Source of the DNA: Negaprion brevirostris
Lineage: Eukaryota
Assembly: GCA_030324005.1 (NCBI GenBank)
Contig: JARDVH010000097.1
Span: 26,273,073-26,337,072, forward strand
DNA: 64,000 nt
Reading direction: 5' to 3'
In this document: piece after piece, positions 50,675 through 62,820 of the stretch
How the letters are laid out: every line of letters starts with the position of its first letter
How positions within the stretch are numbered: the first letter of the stretch is position 1
Notes under the pieces: model-generated
Seen by the model: the letters and a program-made list of their open reading frames with translations, nothing else
Databases searched by the model: none
Told to the model about the DNA's origin: nothing
Translations under genes and position numbers: made by a program

Positions 50675-51994
50675 TTGTTGCTCCACTACCAGAGCTACTC
50701 TGTGAGTCTGCCACCTGCTGCTCTGCAGCCTGAGTGCACCTCCCCTTTCAAGGAACAGCTTAGCTTCGTAACGTGCTGGCTCCTTGCAGATCATACAAGC
50801 CAGGTACACACCTCCATCCCCTGCTGAGAATGCAGCCAGTCATCGTGCATTTCACACTAGTATACACACATCAATCATCTGGATGAACAGATAGTACAAA
50901 GTTTATGCTGCCACCACCTCAACTGGCTATTGTGCATCATGATTCCCACACTCCACTTACAATGACTCATACGTGAATATTTCCACTAGTGTCTTGAAGT
51001 AAGACACATTTGGTGGCATAGAAACAGTAAGCCATTTAAAATCAAAGGCATCATATTGCATTGTAATCTTGAAGATTAAATTGTATCTCTGCTCCTATTC
51101 GTAACTTCTCAAATAACCAATCACTCTAATAGCTGAACAATAATAAGAAAAAATGGTAATCTATAATCTGACATGGTTTTAAATCAGCACTAGCTGATTA
51201 ATTCCCATTCTTACATTCAAAGTCTAACTCAAGTTGACTGAATCAATCAAAAGCCTATTACTTTCATACTGACACGCTTTGCTTTTCAAATCAATAAAAT
51301 TCCATTTTGTCTCCAAAACATAAGCAATAAATAGATTTACATTACCTTATTAATGATTTTCTGTGTAAGTTTTATTTGTAACATGTTGCATGTTAATTGT
51401 GCTATTCCTACATTTTTCTTTTTTCAAACCTTCTGAATATGGTTTACAATAGAGTGGCAGGGTTAATATGGGATTTGTCTGAGAGAAACAACAGATGATT
51501 TTTAATGTGGTTAAATGTAACGTAATAGTAAGGGAAGCAAGGGAATAGAAATTTGTTATGGCTCATTTTCAGGCAATAGCTTTGGGGCCTCAGGCCTCAT
51601 GTAATGATCAAGAACAGCTGGTGGCAGCTGATCTGCCTCAAAAGGCAGTTCACCTCTGCAGTCACATGACATTTTTGCCATTCACCTCACAGGGAACTCG
51701 GATAGGGCCTAAGAGGGAGAGAGTGCAGGAGAGTGAAGGCTGCAATTGTAGGCCATCAGCAGTCTATTGTATTCCTGTTGAAGGGAAGTGTGCTGCTTCT
51801 TATTCTGCCCACCTCAGAGTCCAGAAGTAGAGCCCATACAAGATTCCTGGGTGCAGCAACATAACATTTACTTTAATGCAGGGGAAGTCCTACAGTGTCT
51901 GCTGCAGTACAGTGGAAAGAAATTGCTGTCCAGACATGACTCGGGTATGTTTTTAAAGTACTACCTGTCTCTGAACTCTTTGGAGACACATAGT

Positions 51995-54250
51995 CATTTA
52001 TAGCACAGAAAGAGGCTTCTCGATCCATCAAATCCATGCCATGGAGAAATCCAGTCAGACCCACTACCCTGCTCAGTCTCTATAGCTCTGCAAGGTTATT
52101 TTCCTTCAAGTCCTATCCAATTTTCTTTTGAACTAATTAATTGTCTTGCATCCACCATCTGCGGAGGCCATTACCACTCACTGTTTAAAAAAAGTTCTTC
52201 CTCACATTCCATTTATCTCACTTGCCACCTTTGTCCCCGTGCCCTAGTACGATCAACTAAAGGGGAGTGTTTCCTTGTCCACCTTAGTTAAGACTGTCAT
52301 AATGTCGTACACTTCTACCAAATCTACTCTGAACCTCTTTTGCCCTAAGGAGAACAATCCAGTCTTTCCTATCAAATCTTATGACTAAAACTCCTAAGGC
52401 TTGGAACCATTCTGGCCCTGCACCTCTAAAGGACCTCTACATCCTTCTGATGACCAGAACGAGATGTGATACTCTAATTGGGACCGAACCAGATCTTTAT
52501 ATACTTCGGTATATGTATGTATTCAATATCTGTATTTACAAAGCCAAGATCCTATATGTTTTTCTAACCACTCTCTCAAAATGTCCTGTGACTTTCAGGG
52601 ATTGATCTCGATGCAACTACAGATACCATTGGCCCTTTTCACATTTTAGAATTGTGCATTAAGTCTATATTGTCTCTCCCCAGTTTTTTGGTCAAAATGT
52701 ATCACATCACACTGTATTAAGTTTTATCTGCCCACTTTGCTAGCCTATCCATGTCGTAGAATCCTACATTGCAGAAGGAGACCATTCGACCCATCACGTT
52801 TTCACTGACCATCATCCCATCCAGGCCCTATCCCCATAACCCCATGCATGTACCCTAGCTAGTCCCCCTGACACTTAGGGGTAATTCAGTACCTAACCCC
52901 CTCATCTTTGGACTGTGGGAGGAAACCTGAGCGCCCAGAGGAAACACATGCAGACATGGGGAAAATGTGAAAATTCCACACAGACAGTGACCCAAGTTAG
53001 GAATCAAACCTGTGCCCCTGGTGCTGTGAGCAGCAGTGTAAGGTGCTGTGAGCAGCAGTGCAAGGCGCTGTGAGGCAACAGTGCTAACCACTGTGCCAAC
53101 ATGCTGCCCAGTTGTTTAGTAACATCTGTACTGTTTACCATCCTTCCAAATTTGGTATCATTGGCAAATTTATTCTGTATTTCAAGATCCAAGTCACTCA
53201 TGTACTGTAAAAAAAAGTGACTCTTGTATTAACCTTTCAGAAATAGCACTGTCTCCCATCCTTCAGTCTGAAAGAAACAACCACCTACCATGAACCACTG
53301 CTTTCCCCAATTGTATATTAGTCCCTCTATTCCATGAGACTCAATCTTGTGTGGTACTTTTTTTTAAAAATCACACCGATAACATCGACCACAGTCTGAT
53401 CATCAATCATCTTATTACCTCATCAAGAAATTCAGTTGGAATATTCAGCTATTTCCTGCCTTATTCAAATTCATTCTGGTTTTCTTTAATTAACTCAAGC
53501 CTCTCCAAGTGCCTGCTGATTTTTTTCTCCCTGATTTAAGGATTTCAAAACTTTACACACCACTGATGTTAGACTCATGGGCCTATAGTTGCTCGGATTG
53601 TCTTTGCATTCTTTCTTGAACAAAGGTATCACAGTCCCCTGTGGCACCTTCCCCTTATCTAGGGAAGCTATTTAGGAAAATTTAAGGCATGACTTTCTGC
53701 GGTCACTTTCTTCAGCAATCTTGGATACGAGCCATCCAGACCAGGTGACTAATCTATCTGAAGCACGGCCAGCCCCTTCAGTATCTCTCTTTCAATCTTG
53801 AACATGTTGAGAGATTCCTTACCTTTAGTAAAACATTCTCCTAATCAATGTTAAGGTAATTGAGCTCAACTAGTATCACCATGCTATAGTTTTTGCACAT
53901 CTCTGTGATTGCCTGCAGTGTTGTTCCCGTACTCCCTCTCTAATTGGCCTATGGAAAATCCTAATTTTTGTTTTTGCTTCTCAACTTTAACCAAATAGAC
54001 TCGGTCCTTGTTCTCTGAAGGAAATCCTTTGTTTCAATAATATAATGTCTTTCTTAGTCATCACTGCCATTCCAACTTCCTTTTTATCTTGATCTTTTCT
54101 GAATAATTTGCGTTCTTGTGTAAGAAATGTCCAGTCTTTACCATTTTAAGCCACATTTCCAATATATTGCTGCTACATCATATTCCCACACTATGACTTG
54201 CACTTGCAGTTCACCAACTTTATTCATCACACTTTCTGTGTTCATATCTC
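51995..54250 (-). mobile_element. Long decayed CR1 LINE
   Basis: LEIQNKFANDTKFG RT motif (ORF 53004..53201) and CR1 3'-end sequence near 52000-52350; interrupted by a SINE. Confidence 0.65.
52757..53110 (-). mobile_element. HE1-type SINE with a locally triplicated head motif
   Basis: Complete SINE body; gctgtgag(c/g)agcagtg-like unit repeated three times at ~53020-53083. Confidence 0.8.
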
Positions 54251-54778
54251 TCCGTTGTTGTTCTATCTTTGCATTCTTTGTGGTCCTTCTGCCTCTACTT
54301 TAGTTATATCAGCATCACAAAATAACATCCGTATTCTGCCAACACCTATGAATGTGATTAGNNNNNNNNNNATTAGCGCTATTTGAACCAGACATGATGA
54401 GCTGATATAGTGGCCAAGGTGATAAAATACTTATAATTAGAGATTTTGTAAAGCTGGGTGTTGAAGATTTCAAGTGATGAGGTTGCAACTATTTCCTTTG
54501 ACACCTATTCCACTGATGAATGAGCTTCAAAAGAAAGGTTGTTTACAGACTATCTTGGAAACCAGTGATCAGCGTAGTTTGTCTGGGTGGCTACTTCATG
54601 GTTGTCATTGCCACAGGGCACTGGATACTTCTTATCAATTATCACTAGTTCATTCATATTTTGTTGAACATCACCAGCCTAATTTTTTCCCTCCTCTGCT
54701 GTAGCGATTCCCATTCTAAATCTTTTACAGAGAATGTGACACTGATGTTTTTCCTATATAGATTCTTACAGAATCTTA

Positions 54779-55068
54779 GGGCAATGTGGCACAGTGGCAG
54801 AGTGGTTAGCACTGATGTTTCACAGCGCCAGAGACCTTGGTNNNNNNNNNNTCCCAGCTTGGGTCACTGTCTGTGTCGAGTCTGTGTGTTCTCCCGTGTC
54901 TGCATGAGTTTCCTCAAAGTCTGAAAGACATGCTGGTTAGGTGCATTGGCCATGTTAAATTCTCCTTCAGTGTACCCAAAAGACACTGGAGTTGGCAACT
55001 AGGGGATTTTCACAGTAACTTCATTGCAGTGTTAATGTAAGCCTATCTGTGACACAACTAAATAATTA
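54779..55068 (+). mobile_element. HE1-related SINE (alternative tail)
   Basis: gtggcacagtgg..gtggttagcactg head; family of 35397-35685. Confidence 0.75.
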
Positions 55069-55431
55069 ATTTTGTCTCCAGGTTGATATAAGGGTTCCAC
55101 ACTCAACTTGCAAAGTCCAAGATTGGGTGAACATGTGTTTGATCTGCTTGAAACTAATATGGTACTACCTCTTTTTTTACTATCCGGCACTCACTTTATG
55201 CACCTATTTCTTCTAATGTTGCTAGTAGGGAAGGGCTAGAATCCATTATCAAGGATTTCACAGTACAGCATCTGGAAAGCAGTGGTATAATCAGAAAAAG
55301 TCAGCTTGGATTTATGAAAAGGAAATTATTTTTGACAAATCTACTGGAATTCTTTGGGGATGTAACTAGTAGAGTTGACCAGTTGACTGATGGATGTGGT
55401 TTATTTAGACTTTCAGAAGGCTTTTGACAAG

Positions 55432-55672
55432 AACATAAGAACATAAGAAATAGGAGCAGNNNNNNNNNNNNNNNNNNNNNNNNNNNNNNNNNNNNNNNNN
55501 NNNNNNNNNNNNNNNNNNNNNNNNNNNNNNNNNNNNNNNNNNNNNNNNNNNNNNNNNNNAGCCCAGTCTATTCAGCCTCTCTTCATAGTTCAACCCCCTC
55601 AACTCCAGTATCAGCCTAGTGAACCTCCTCTGCACTTCCTCCAAGGCCAAAATATCCTATAAGAACATAATA
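55432..55672 (-). mobile_element. Short antisense CR1 3' fragment nested in CR1, TSD TTGACAAG
   Basis: (AACATAAG)n tail; LEEVQRRFTRLILELRGLNYEERLNRLG; TTGACAAG at 55424-55431 and 55673-55680. Confidence 0.8.
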
Positions 55673-56346
55673 TTGACAAGGTCTCTCATAGCAGATTACT
55701 AAGCAAAGTGCATGAGATTGTGGGTAATGTCTTGAGATGAAATGAAAGCTGGTTAGCAGACAGAAAGCAAAAATTTGCAATAAATATGTCCTTTTCCGAT
55801 TAGCAGGCAGTGACGGGTGTGGCACCATGGACCTGTGCAAGGATGCCTATTAACATCATATTTTAATGACTTGGACGCGGGAACTAAATGTATTAACTAC
55901 AAATTTGCAGATGATACAAAATTGGGTGGGAAGGTGAGCTATGAGGATGATGCAGAGATGCTTCAGCATAATTTGGACAGGCTGAGTGATTTGGCACATG
56001 CATGGCAAATGCAGTATAATGTGGATAGGTGTGAGGTTATTCACTTCGATAGCAAAAATTGGAAGCCAGATTATTATTTGAATAGGTGTAAATTGAAAGA
56101 GGTGGATACTCAGCAAGACCCTGGTGTCCTTGTGCATCAGTCACTGAAAGTAAGCACGCAGGTACAGCAGGCTGTAAAGAAGGCAATTGGTATGTTGGTC
56201 TTCATAGCAAGAGAATTTGAGTATAGGAGTAGAGATGTTTAGTGCAATTGTATAGGGCATTGATGAGACCACACCTGGCGTATTCTGTGCAATTTTGACA
56301 TCCTTATTTGAGGAAGGGTGGCTTTGCTTTAGAGGCAGTGCAGCAA

Positions 56347-56652
56347 AGCACGGTGGGAGGCACAGTGGTTAGCATCACTGCCTCACAGCACCAGCGACCA
56401 AGGTTCAATTCCCGGCTTGGGTCAGTGTCTATGTGATGTCTTCATGTTCTCTCTGTGTTTGTGTGAGTTTCCTCCAAGCGCTCTGGTTTCGTCCCATAAT
56501 CCAAAAGACGTGCTTGTTAGGTGGACTGGCCATACTAAATTCTCCCTCACTGTACTCAAACAGGTGGCGACTAGGGAATTTTCACAGTAACTTCATTGCA
56601 ATATTAATGTAAACCTACCTGTGACAATAATAAAACAAAGTAAAACTAAACT
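56347..56652 (+). mobile_element. HE1-related SINE nested in CR1
   Basis: gcacagtggttagcatcactgcctcacagc..ggttcaattcccgg head; A-rich tail. Confidence 0.8.
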
Positions 56653-58284
56653 TCTGGTTTGTTAGGCCAGTTCTTGAAATGGCAAATCTGTCATGTGAGG
56701 AGAGACTAAGTCGATTAGGATTATATTTACTGGCTTTTAGAAGAGTGAGAGGGGATCTCATAGAAAATTATAAAATTATAACAGGATTAGTCAGGGTAGA
56801 TTCAGAGAGAATGTTCCTAGTACTGGGACGGTCCAGAACTAGGGGTCATTGTTTGAGTATGAGAGGTAAAACTTCAGGAACGAGATGAGGACAAATTTCT
56901 TCAGCCAGAGATTGTGATTTGTGGAATTCGCTACCACAGAAAGTAGTTGAGGCCAAAACGTTGTGTGATTTCAAGAAGGAATTAAAGGGATCAAGGGATA
57001 TGGAGGGAAGGCGGGCCAAGGGTATTGAATTTGATGATCAGCCATGATCATAATTGCTGATGCCCATTGCCATACCAATTTAATTTAAGCCTTCCCCAAT
57101 CATACTAGTGAACCTTTTCGCAAGGACATTTGTTGTTCCCTATTGTACAGTCCCTTGCCAATTGGTCCTGTGGTTTTGGCTGCACTCCTTAAAGGTGTCA
57201 TCACCAACTGAAATCTTTAATACTGAGTACTTGTTTGAGACTGGCATATACCCCAAAGACTCCTGTACTACCAGCTTCTTTCTGCTTATCGGATGGCTAC
57301 TTAACTATTATCTTGACCTCTCACTGCCTATCTCCATAAATGTGATTCTGGAAACTCCATTGTCCCTGATGCTCCAGAATTAATCCAATTAATCAGGATT
57401 CCTGAGCTCAAGCTGCAGCAGCTGAATACAGCTGTTGTGCCCTCTCCATGTCTGGTATGATGAACCTTTAAGAGGGGGATGGGTGGGGACCTTAAACTTC
57501 TGTTGACCATTATACATCTTGACAGAGTGTAACACTTTAGTTCCATGATTTACAGTCAGTTGGCAAGCAACAGGGTAGGGATTNNNNNNNNNNGTTAGCC
57601 TCCTAGTGAACAGTATATGTGTATGTGTATGATTTCATCTGTAAATAAAGGACCCACATTATTTCTTCACCAAGCCTAGTGTATGATTGTTGCATCCATG
57701 TTGAAGAAGAAGAACGTAAGGTCCAATCCTTTATACATCTCCTTATACATCCTTCTGAAATCTCCAATTTTCACTCCACATTCAATTATGTTTTGCTAAT
57801 TTAACTTTAAACTGAATGGAAAATAATACAAAAGACACTTTCTCATTTATATATTAACATTTGAGTTATTATAATAGCAACTACAAGATAATATTTTCAT
57901 AAATATTACAGTCATGATTCTACTTATTGTGACCATTGTAGAAAATGGTGCATTAATCCTTAAATTCAACAATGAAATGTGCAATGTGATTGTATGTATG
58001 GAAAAGGGAAAGAATACAAATAGTTCACTCCTGCAGTCAATTGGTTTAATCATCCATTTGAAATCAATCATGGATATTTGAAACAACCATCTGACCCCAG
58101 CATCTTTCCTAATTGCTCTCCAGTTCAATTAGATGGAACTTTTTTTTGTTCTTAGTATGTATAAACAGACCATGATTCACTTATTTTTGGACTTGTTTCT
58201 CTTATTTAAAGAAAACTACTGAAATACGTATTGTCAGCTGCTGAGCTTTGGAGCTCATGGGAACCCAAAAGATTGTCCTATCAG

Positions 58285-59659
58285 CACCGCAAGCCCAACT
58301 CTCCCCCCAAATCCCACTTTACCATCTTCTGGTCCGTTCTGGATCCACGCTGTAAGCAACCTGCTAAATAAAAATCTGAAACCAATTTTTATTTTGCAGT
58401 GAAACCTCCACAGTGGGTTCAGAGCCTGCAGTGGTTCTCTGACCCAGGTCATCCTCTGAGGGGGGTGGGGATCAGATCATTCTCTGGTTGGAGGGGGGAG
58501 GAGGGGAGTGAGGTTACATTATTGTCTGGTTGAGGGGGGAGGGCTGATCATTGTCTGGTAGCGAGGGGAGGAGTCAGATGTTCCTCTGGAGGGGAGGGGG
58601 AATGAGGCTAGATTGTTGTCGGGGGAGTGAGCCAGATCGTTGTGTGGNNNNNNNNNNNNNNNNNNNNNNNNNNNNNNNNNNNNNNNNNNNNNNNNNNNNN
58701 NNNNNNNNNNNNNNNNNNNNNNNNNNNNNNNNNNNNNNNNNNNNNNNNNNNNNNNNNNNNNNNNNNNNNNNNNNNNNNNNNNNNNNNNNNNNNNNNNNNN
58801 NNNNNNNNNNNNNNNNNNNNNNNNNNNNNNNNNNNNNNNNNNNNNNNNNNNNNNNNNNNNNNNNNNNNNNNNNNNNNNNNNNNNNNNNNNNNNNNNNNNN
58901 NNNNNNNNNNNNNNNNNNNNNNNNNNNNNNNNNNNNNNNNNNNNNNNNNNNNNNNNNNNNNNNNNNNNNNNNNNNNNNNNNNNNNNNNNNNNNNNNNNNN
59001 NNNNNNNNNNNNNNNNNNNNNNNNNNNNNNNNNNNNNNNNNNNNNNNNNNNNNNNNNNNNNNNNNNNNNNNNNNNNNNNNNNNNNNNNNNNNNNNNNNNN
59101 NNNNNNNNNNNNNNNNNNNNNNNNNNNNNNNNNNNNNNNNNNNNNNNNNNNNNNNNNNNNNNNNNNNNNNNNNNNNNNNNNNNNNNNNNNNNNNNNNNNN
59201 NNNNNNNNNNNNNNNNNNNNNNNNNNNNNNNNNNNNNNNNNNNNNNNNNNNNNNNNNNNNNNNNNNNNNNNNNNNNNNNNNNNNNNNNNNNNNNNNNNNN
59301 NNNNNNNNNNNNNNNNNNACCAGAGATCCATCTGCCCCTCCCCCAACAGAGATCTATCTGCCCCTCCCCCTCTCTCCCGAGATATACTCTCACTCCTGCT
59401 TGTCGCTCTCGAACCACTTCCTCTGCTTTCTGCGGCTCGGGAGCGATCTGACATGGGCGTGCTTCTTTCCAATTTTTTTCGAACTGCACATGCGCAGTTC
59501 AAAGCTCCGATTCTTTCAGCAGTGCTAAGCCCCACCCACAGCGCGAATCGGTCCGGAGCCAGCAAAAAGCGTATGGGCGCGCTGCTAAGAGGATTCTGGG
59601 CTCGGATCTGTATTATGCCTGGATCCAGCCCTTAGACTCCAAATGGTAAAATCAGGTCC
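58285..59659. mobile_element. Second (inverted, one end missing) copy of the 38461-39687 DNA element
   Basis: Ends tggtaaaatcaggtcc; ttttttcgaactgcacatgcgcag and ccgttctggatccacgctg are reverse complements of motifs in 38461-39687; G-rich tandem interior collapsed into a gap. Confidence 0.75.
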
Positions 59660-59729
59660 ATAGAGTTCAGAAGCCAGTATTTAATGGTATAAGACACTAT
59701 TTCCTAGCTAGAGCACTATTTCAAATTCA

Positions 59730-60240
59730 CATTTTAGGACATGAAGGCTTTAGAGAGGTTACAGAAGAGGTTTACTAGAATAGTCTCAGGGACAAGGGAT
59801 TACAGTTAAGTGGATTGACCAGACAAGCTGAGCTTGTTCTCAGAGCAGAGAAAGCTGAAACAAAATTTGAGAAGACCATTTTAAAATCATGAATAGTTTC
59901 AATATAGTAAATAAAGAAAAATGGTTTCCAGTAACTTCAGTGTCAGTAATCAAAGAGCACAGCTTAAGTATGATGGATAAAAGAACCAGAGGCAATAATG
60001 TAAGNNNNNNNNNNNNNNNNNNNNNTTAGGATTTGGAATGCACTTCTTGATAACTTGATGGATACAGATTCAATTGTAGTCTTCAGTAGGGAATTAGCAT
60101 TTTGAAGGAGAAAAAAAATCGAGATCTGAGGAAAGTGCACTGGTTTATAACCAGTGAAGATTGCTCTTCAAAATGGCTGGTGCAGACTTGATGAGCTGAA
60201 TAACCTTCTATATTGTACTGTTGTATAATTCTTCGATTCT
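59730..60240 (+). mobile_element. CR1 3' fragment
   Basis: KALERLQKRFTRIVSGTR motif and CR1 3' UTR. Confidence 0.7.
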
Positions 60241-62067
60241 GTGAAAGGAAGGCAGAATTTAACCGAAATGGATATTTTTACAAAAATGCAGATAAGGAAT
60301 TCTCATTAAACTCCTACAAATGTATATCTAATTGCTTTCTAGGATGAGGATTTAATAAGTATGAGTCGATATGAGCATTGCATTGGTATTCAGCAATCTG
60401 CTATTCATTCGTATAGTTTTCATTTTATCATTACTTGCAAAATGGTTTTCATATCCTTGTGGGAAAATAGCAAAGTGAGATGATATAGGTATCTACCCAT
60501 TTATACTCCCTCAAGTTATAAATATATTATTTGATAACTTTCATATTTCTTCTGAATTGTTATGGAATATTATTTAAGAGCTATTTATATAACATTAATA
60601 TTGGTACTTAAATCATTAGGAAAAGAGCCTTCATATCATTCACACCATTTGGAAGTCAGTAAGTTCAACTAAGTATTCAGTAATGATATATAATGATTAA
60701 CTGAACCAGTCTAATTGTGGTTTAATGGAGCAAATCCCATTAAGCTTTTATTATCTAGTATGGGATTATTGGTATAGCTACTGCAGTTATTTAATTACTT
60801 AAAAATGAGCACTTTTCAACAGTTTAATTCTCCACCAATCTCATTTACTATTTTCCCCTCCCTTTCTGAATGGATCTCCTGTGGCATTGTATGTAGCCAG
60901 TCACATGTATGCGACTTAGATAAATAAGGTCAAAAGCAAGGAAGGGAGGGAGATGAAGAATTGAGCAAAGAGTTAGTGTGGGTCAGAATTGAAAAGAGAA
61001 TAGAATCAGGACAGATAAAGGGGTTGTAGAGGGAGAAAGCAGCAAGGAAGGATTTTGGAATTACCCCAGCAATGATGTTCTAAGGAAAAGCAGTTGCTAC
61101 CTGCTTAGTAAGAGTTTAGAAATTAGGCAATTTTAGAGTGATGGCCAGAGGAGGAAAGGGTGAGAAACTATTTACTTCTGTAGCTCTGAATACATAATGC
61201 AAACAATGTTTAGCTCCAGTGTCTAATTGCCAAACGCTCTTTGCATGAGCAAGAGATTTCTGGACATTTCTGGCATGATTGAGTTTTGGATTATTTTCAG
61301 AAAAGTTGAGGGAATTGTGAAAGAGAATGTGTATAGATTTGAGAGGGCCAAAACACTACAGATGGAATTTGGTGGGAGTGCAAAAATCGGTTTCACACCA
61401 GACTGAATTTCTTGCAAGATCTTCTGCTGGTGCCCATCATGGTGGATCATGAAAGCTGTTGGTGGCAGACTGGAATCTTTGCCCCACACCAGATTCTCCA
61501 TAACATCAGTGGCAAAATTGCACCAATGCAAAACATTAGGAGCAAACTGACATGCAGATGTGGGAACCTACCTTTATAGTCTGAAACCTTGGAAATCCAA
61601 GTGGAGGACTGTAGCTACTGGATCCTGGAGGAACACATCACAATGAATGGCAAATGGATCTTCATTTGTATGGTGTGAAAGTGAATCAGCACCTGGGAGG
61701 CTGGGCGATCCTTGCACAGTAGCCTCTGTCTCCATGATGTCAATGTGGCTTTGGGACTTCTGTGCTCCCAGTGTCTACCATCGTCTTTGCTGACTTTTCC
61801 AATGTATTTCGGAAAGTCAATGTCCTTGCCAGCTGCAGATGGATGTGCAGCAAAGAGAAGGTAAGCAGGGGTGAAAGGTGGAAAATCTTAATGTGGCAGG
61901 GGATAGGCTGAAGCTGTGAAAGGTGGAACAAATTCTTTATGGGGGGCAGGGGTCAGGCTGTGAGGGGNNNNNNNNNNNNNNNNNNNNNNNNNNNNNNNNN
62001 NNNNNNNNNNNNNNNNNNNNNNNNNNNNNNNNNNNNNNNNNNNNNNNNNNNNNNNNNNNNNNNNNNN

Positions 62068-62820
62068 AAACACCATGAACAGATGCAGAAAAGTGTCTGG
62101 AAGGCCAATGGAATGCTGGCCTTCGTAGAAAAAAGGCTGGAGTATAGGGATGCAGATATTATACCTCAGTGTACAGAACCCTAGTTAGACTCTACCTAGA
62201 GGACCGTGAGCAGGTATGGGCACCATACCTTAGGGACTCAAAAGAGAAAATGCTGGAACATCTCAGCAGGTCTGGGCAGCAGCATCTGTGAGAGGAGAGA
62301 AAAGAGCTAACTTTTCAAATCCAGATAACCCTTTGTCACACCTTACGAAGGATGTTTTGGCCCTAAAGAGAATTCAATGCAAGTTTACAAGAATGATACC
62401 TGGACTTAAGGAGTTATGTTATGAAGAGAGATTAGATAAAATAGGCCTTTTTCTCTCAAATTCAGAAGGTTGAGGTATTCTGATAGAAATCTGCAAAATA
62501 TTTACAAGGAAGAACAGGGTTGTCAAGAGCCAGAGGCCATTATCTAAAAGTTCGGGCCAAGCTATCCAGGAGAGATGTTAGAAAACATTTCTACATACAG
62601 AGTGATGGAGGTTTGGATCTCTCTTCCTCATCCTACAATGGATGCTGGCTCAATTGTTGGGTTTATGTCTGAGATACACATTTATTAATTGACCAGGTGT
62701 ATCAAGAGATATCAGCCTAGGAAGGTACATGGAGTTAGACCGCAGATCACCATGATCTTACTGAATGGCAGACCGGGCTTAAGGGCAGAATAGCCTACTT
62801 CTGTTCCTATGTTCCTAAGG
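62068..62820 (+). mobile_element. CR1 3' fragment with nested short repeat (62238-62338, minus)
   Basis: KANGMLAFVEKRLEYR and KDVLALKRIQCKFTRMIPGLKELCYEERL; tail ttctgttcctatgttccta. Confidence 0.8.

Larger units (their letters stand above)
55210..57055 (+). mobile_element. CR1 LINE ORF2 (RT) to 3' end, with two nested insertions
   Basis: TNLLEFF, DVVYLDFQKAFDK, NYKFADDTKLGG, WQMQYNVDRCEVIHF and EERLSRLGLY..RRVRGDLIE motifs. Confidence 0.9.

Noticed and set aside
54779-54860. tRNA-like sequences (also at 1850-1912, 56347-56420 and others)
   Set aside because: These are SINE heads continuing into SINE bodies; there is no complete cloverleaf.
58519-59635. Long ORFs of 274-348 aa in several frames
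   Set aside because: They are open only because they run through a ~670-N gap; the same applies to ORFs at 38842-39546, 41172-41540 and 17689-18294.
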